A DNA stretch of 10,886 nucleotides, from assembly GCA_964014485.1 (NCBI GenBank), contig CAXHAT010000236.1:1-10886 (forward strand). The letters run 5' to 3'. The stretch is from an uncultured Deferribacteres bacterium (GTDB lineage Bacteria > Zhuqueibacterota > Zhuqueibacteria > Zhuqueibacterales > Geothermadaptataceae). Both the position numbers and the translations under genes were made by a program. How positions within the stretch are numbered: the first letter of the stretch is position 1; every line of letters begins with the position of its first letter. Shown piece by piece: positions 7,605 to 10,886 of this stretch. The notes under the pieces were generated by a model. It made no database searches, was not told the DNA's origin, and worked only from the letters and a program-made list of their open reading frames with translations.

Positions 7605-9167
7605 TTAATTCAAAGACTCACCTGTTAATTCATAACACGCGGCTTCTTGATCGTTGCGCACGAGCAAAAGATTTCCGGCGAGTGTCGGATGGTTCCAGGT
7701 TTTGCCGTTCAGCGCTTCGAAACGTGCAAGCTCGGCGTGTTTTTCGGGATTTGGTTCTACTAAAATCAAATCGCCGGATTCCGCCTGAATGAGAAGCGTT
7801 TTATCGACAAGCAGCAACTGCCCGTGCCCGTAGCGTCCGCCCTTCCATTTTCGCTGGCCTTTTTCCAGTTCAATGCAGGCCATGACGCCGTCGTCGAGAC
7901 CGTAAATATAGCCGTCGATATAGAACATGTTGCTAAGTTTCGCCTTCATACGCGGCGTTTTCCAAAGCCGGGTCGCGGCAAAACCGCCGCTCTCATTTTT
8001 TTCGATTTGCAGCATCGCGCCGCCAATGCCGTAGCCGCTGGAAACAAAAAGCTTCTCGCCGGGAATCGGCAGGGGTTGAGCAATCGGCTCCGTTCCTTTC
8101 GGCCATTCGAAATGCCAGAGCACGGCGCCGGTCGCTGGATCGTGTCCAAGCACGCCTTCATAATTAAACATCACAATTTGATCCGTATCGTGGAATCGAG
8201 CAATGAAAGGCGAAGCGTAACCGGAGCGATGGCGTCCTGCGCCCCAAACAAATTCGCCGCTCTCTTTGTGCAGCGCAATCAAGGATTTGTCATCCGCCGA
8301 CCCTGTGCTGACGACCACGAGACTGTCGAGAATGAACGGCGATGTGCTCACGCCCCAGGTGTTTGCGCGACCGTCAAATTCTTTCAAAATGTTCTTCGAC
8401 CATAGCCTTCGGCCTGAATTAAAATCCAGGCAATTCAATACGCCGGTGGCGCCGAGCGTGTAAACGCGACCGGCCTCGATTGTCGGTGTGGCGCGCGGCC
8501 CGTTTCCCGCCAGGACATTGGCGTAATTTGACGAATCCACATGGCTCCATTTGACTTTTCCCGTTTTCAAATCATAACAAACGACCGCTTCCAACGCGCC
8601 TCGCTGCTCTTGCGTTATGGCTGAGTTTCCAACCACTGAAAACGACGACCAGCCTGCGCCTACGTCCACGCGCCAAAGCTCTTTCGGCGGATTCGTTTTC
8701 CAATCCGCCTCAAGCCTGAAGTTTGAAACGACGCCGTCGCGATTTTGACCAAGAAATTGGGGATAGTCCGTCGGCGAGAGCCAATTTTCACTGTCAGCGG
8801 TTGTATCGGTTGCACCGTTTGCCGCGCCAACGAGTTGCTGAAAATTATCGCCGCCCCAGCGCCAGGCAAACACCGGAATCAGATCGCCGCTAACGCCTTG
8901 AATGCGAAAAATGGCAAAAAACGCCGCAACGACTGCGACAACGATGAGAAAACTGCGAAATCGTTTACCGGCGACCAGTCTCGAAAAAAACAGGAACCAG
9001 ATCAACAGCAACAGGAAGGCAAAGAAGAACACCGGCGCGGATTTCATGACCTGGTCTTGGCGATGCCCGCCGTCGCCGAATCCCCAAATGTAAATCAGCG
9101 TTACTGCGGCCAAAGTTAAGATGACAATAGCAGGCCAGAGACGAATTTTTCGATTTGAATTTTGCAA
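7605..9167 (-). CDS. Membrane-anchored PQQ-binding-like (BamB-type) beta-propeller repeat protein (520 aa)
   Basis: Three N-terminal hydrophobic segments, then DYPQFLGQNRDG, PKELWR, GPRATP and repeated (C/A)LD..(S/T)G...W blades, ending TWNHPTLAGNLLLVRN. TTG start with GAGGG SD 5 nt upstream. Confidence 0.88.
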   Translation of the reverse strand: MQNSNRKIRLWPAIVILTLAAVTLIYIWGFGDGGHRQDQVMKSAPVFFFAFLLLLIWFLFFSRLVAGKRFRSFLIVVAVVAAFFAIFRIQGVSGDLIPVFAWRWGGDNFQQLVGAANGATDTTADSENWLSPTDYPQFLGQNRDGVVSNFRLEADWKTNPPKELWRVDVGAGWSSFSVVGNSAITQEQRGALEAVVCYDLKTGKVKWSHVDSSNYANVLAGNGPRATPTIEAGRVYTLGATGVLNCLDFNSGRRLWSKNILKEFDGRANTWGVSTSPFILDSLVVVSTGSADDKSLIALHKESGEFVWGAGRHRSGYASPFIARFHDTDQIVMFNYEGVLGHDPATGAVLWHFEWPKGTEPIAQPLPIPGEKLFVSSGYGIGGAMLQIEKNESGGFAATRLWKTPRMKAKLSNMFYIDGYIYGLDDGVMACIELEKGQRKWKGGRYGHGQLLLVDKTLLIQAESGDLILVEPNPEKHAELARFEALNGKTWNHPTLAGNLLLVRNDQEAACYELTGESLN

Positions 9168-9209
9168 ATTTTCCCTCGTAGATGATGAAGATGGTTTCAG
9201 ATAAACTCT

Positions 9210-9404
9210 CTACCTGACACTTTTTTGTAAGCTGCATTTCGAGCCGTCGAAAGGCCCCGTTTAGTCATTCTGAAAGAATCTTTGCTATCGCCCAGTATAG
9301 ATCATGCCCAAAAGTTCAAGGGTTGGATCAAAAAAGATGCCTACAGCATGACAATTCCGGCCTTTTCGCCAGCCTTAGAAGCATATAAAAAAAGCGTCAG
9401 GTAG
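9210..9404. repeat. Outer imperfect inverted repeat pair enclosing element copy 2
   Basis: CTACCTGACACTTTTTTGTAAGCT (9210-9233) is complementary to AGCATATAAAAAAAGCGTCAGGTAG (9380-9404) with three substitutions and a 1-nt gap. Confidence 0.7.
9241..9375. mobile_element. 135-nt MITE/REPIN-like nested inverted-repeat element, copy 2
   Basis: Degenerate termini GAGCCGTCGAAAGGCC / GGCCTTTTCGCCAGCCT, inner arms GTCATTCTGAAAGAATCTTT (9264-9283) and AAAGATGCCTACAGCATGAC (9333-9352). 9330-9356 matches 7522-7548 at 26 of 27 nt. Confidence 0.7.
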
Positions 9405-9408
9405 TGAA

Positions 9409-10272
9409 TCAGATAAATACAATTTCAAGAACGACGAAAACCATTGCGACGAATCGTGCCAGGCCTTGCAGTTGCAAATAAACGAAAACGGTGAGCAAGC
9501 TTCTCCGCAGCGCCGGGCCGCGCTCTAACTGATAGACTCGTTTCAACGCCCAATAAAAATAGATACAAAACGGCGCGATCGACATCAAAATAATCGGTAC
9601 AGGGTGCGGCGTCATCAAAATCAAAGGCCCGGTGATCAAAGAAATGATGAGCGAAAACGAATGAAGATGCAGCGAAACGACGAGATGCTCAACATAAACA
9701 AGCTGCTGTTTTCGAAAAAGAAATTTAAAAAACAAGGCGAGAAAAAGCACGATGGAAATATTGAAAAGCTTCACGTTACGCTGAAACGCGTCGTTCATTT
9801 TCGCAATTGCGTGTTCAGTAGAAAGTCCGGTTTTTGTCGCAATACGTTCCATCAGCGAATCGGCGGAAGCGCCTTGCTCGGGGTTGATTTTACCGGCGAA
9901 TTCAAAAAGATTTTCAAGATTTAGCACGCCTGTTGAGCCAAACAGAAAATAGATCGTGCTCAAAATGAGGTAAAGTCTGACCGGGCGGATGTAGCGCAGC
10001 CTCTTTCCGTCGAGAAATTCAGCGGACAATTTGCCGGGATAGCGCAAAAGCGTCTTGAAGGTGCGAATCAACTTCGAGTCGAGCGACAGCAATTCCTGCA
10101 GGAAATGTTTAAAGAAGTGCGCGACGTACATCTCGGATTTTGCGGCGCGCTTTTGCCCGCAAGTATGGCAGTAGTCGCCTTGCAGCGCTTCGTCGCAATT
10201 CAAACATAATTCTTGAGCTCCCGTCTGCGACCCTTTGAACGCCCCGGAAGCAGCAGTTTCAAACTCGCTCAT
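9409..10272 (-). CDS. DUF3667-type membrane protein with N-terminal zinc-ribbon (287 aa)
   Basis: CLNC-x8-CHTCGQK followed by LDSKLIRTFKTLLRYPGKLSAEFLDGKRLRYIRPVRLYL, later YVEHLVVSLHLHSF and several TM segments. ATGA overlap with the upstream gene. Confidence 0.85.
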   Translation of the reverse strand: MSEFETAASGAFKGSQTGAQELCLNCDEALQGDYCHTCGQKRAAKSEMYVAHFFKHFLQELLSLDSKLIRTFKTLLRYPGKLSAEFLDGKRLRYIRPVRLYLILSTIYFLFGSTGVLNLENLFEFAGKINPEQGASADSLMERIATKTGLSTEHAIAKMNDAFQRNVKLFNISIVLFLALFFKFLFRKQQLVYVEHLVVSLHLHSFSLIISLITGPLILMTPHPVPIILMSIAPFCIYFYWALKRVYQLERGPALRRSLLTVFVYLQLQGLARFVAMVFVVLEIVFI

Positions 10273-10817
10273 GCTCTATCCAAAACGTCAATCAATCCTT
10301 TGTAACCCTGGGCCGAAAGTCTTTCGGAAGAAAAGGAAAAATAGGATTCGTCAGCCTTGATTCCGAGACCTTCAACATATCGATTCATAAAATTGAAAAG
10401 CGCGCAAATCGCAACGGCGTCGTGCAGGGCTTTCTCATCCCAACCCGCGTCAAAAACGGCCTGTGCGTCAGCAGTCGTCATCCGCGACGGCGTTTGGGTC
10501 AGTTTTTTGACAAAAATGAGTAGTGCTTTCATCTTATCGATAACCTTCGCCGCTTCGAAGTTTTCGATCAACGCGGTCAAAAGCGAACTATCAACGCCAA
10601 ATCTTTCCGCGGTCGCGGTATGCACGCCTTGGCAATATCGGCAATCGTTCAATCCTGAAACGTACGCCGCGACCAATTCTCTCTCGGCCACGCTCAGCGG
10701 TGATTCTCCACGCAACAAAATCTCGTGGAATTGTAATAGCGGAACTGCCGTTTGCGGGAAATTCTCAAAAACGTTCAACAAAACGGCGTCTTCGGGCAGG
10801 GAATTCAGGTAAGACAT
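10269..10817 (-). CDS. AhpD/carboxymuconolactone-decarboxylase-family peroxidase-related protein (182 aa)
   Basis: SPLSVAERELVAAYVSGLNDCRYCQGVH (E...CxxCxxxH core) and ALFNFMNR tail. AGGA SD before ATG 10817. Confidence 0.92.
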   Translation of the reverse strand: MSYLNSLPEDAVLLNVFENFPQTAVPLLQFHEILLRGESPLSVAERELVAAYVSGLNDCRYCQGVHTATAERFGVDSSLLTALIENFEAAKVIDKMKALLIFVKKLTQTPSRMTTADAQAVFDAGWDEKALHDAVAICALFNFMNRYVEGLGIKADESYFSFSSERLSAQGYKGLIDVLDRA

Positions 10818-10832
10818 CTTGAGTCCTGTATC

Positions 10833-10886
10833 GCTGTGAGCTGTGAGCTGTGAGCTGTGAGCTGTGAGCTGTGAGCTGTGAGCTGT
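10833..10886. repeat. Perfect heptamer tandem repeat (GCTGTGA)n, at least 7.7 copies, runs off the window edge
   Basis: Seven full GCTGTGA units from 10833 plus GCTGT at the window end, no mismatches. Confidence 0.98.

Noticed and set aside
7605..9167. Calling the propeller protein bamB or a PQQ dehydrogenase
   Set aside because: It has N-terminal TM helices rather than a lipobox, lacks bam gene context, and shows no evidence of catalytic PQQ-binding residues.
7428..9404. Integron attC sites or a CRISPR array
   Set aside because: No RYYYAAC/GTTRRRY ends, no integrase or cas genes, and no regular repeat-spacer period.

Overview
Bacterial chromosomal window with mostly minus-strand genes. In order: a BRO-N gene remnant missed by the ORF track, overlapping the stop of a heavy-metal RND permease; the permease's lipoprotein periplasmic adaptor (no outer-membrane factor gene in view); a divergent beta-lactamase-family serine hydrolase; a mazE/mazF-type toxin-antitoxin pair whose toxin is frameshifted; a membrane-anchored PQQ-like beta-propeller protein; a DUF3667 membrane protein; and an AhpD/CMD-like protein preceded by a perfect (GCTGTGA)n repeat. 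The most unusual signal is non-coding. Two homologous, roughly 140-nt nested-palindrome elements (7428-7570 and 9241-9375) share arm spacing and show compensatory changes. They flank the propeller gene in direct orientation, one sits inside a third inverted repeat, and a related arm lies at the window start. All family assignments come from motif recognition by eye, not database searches.
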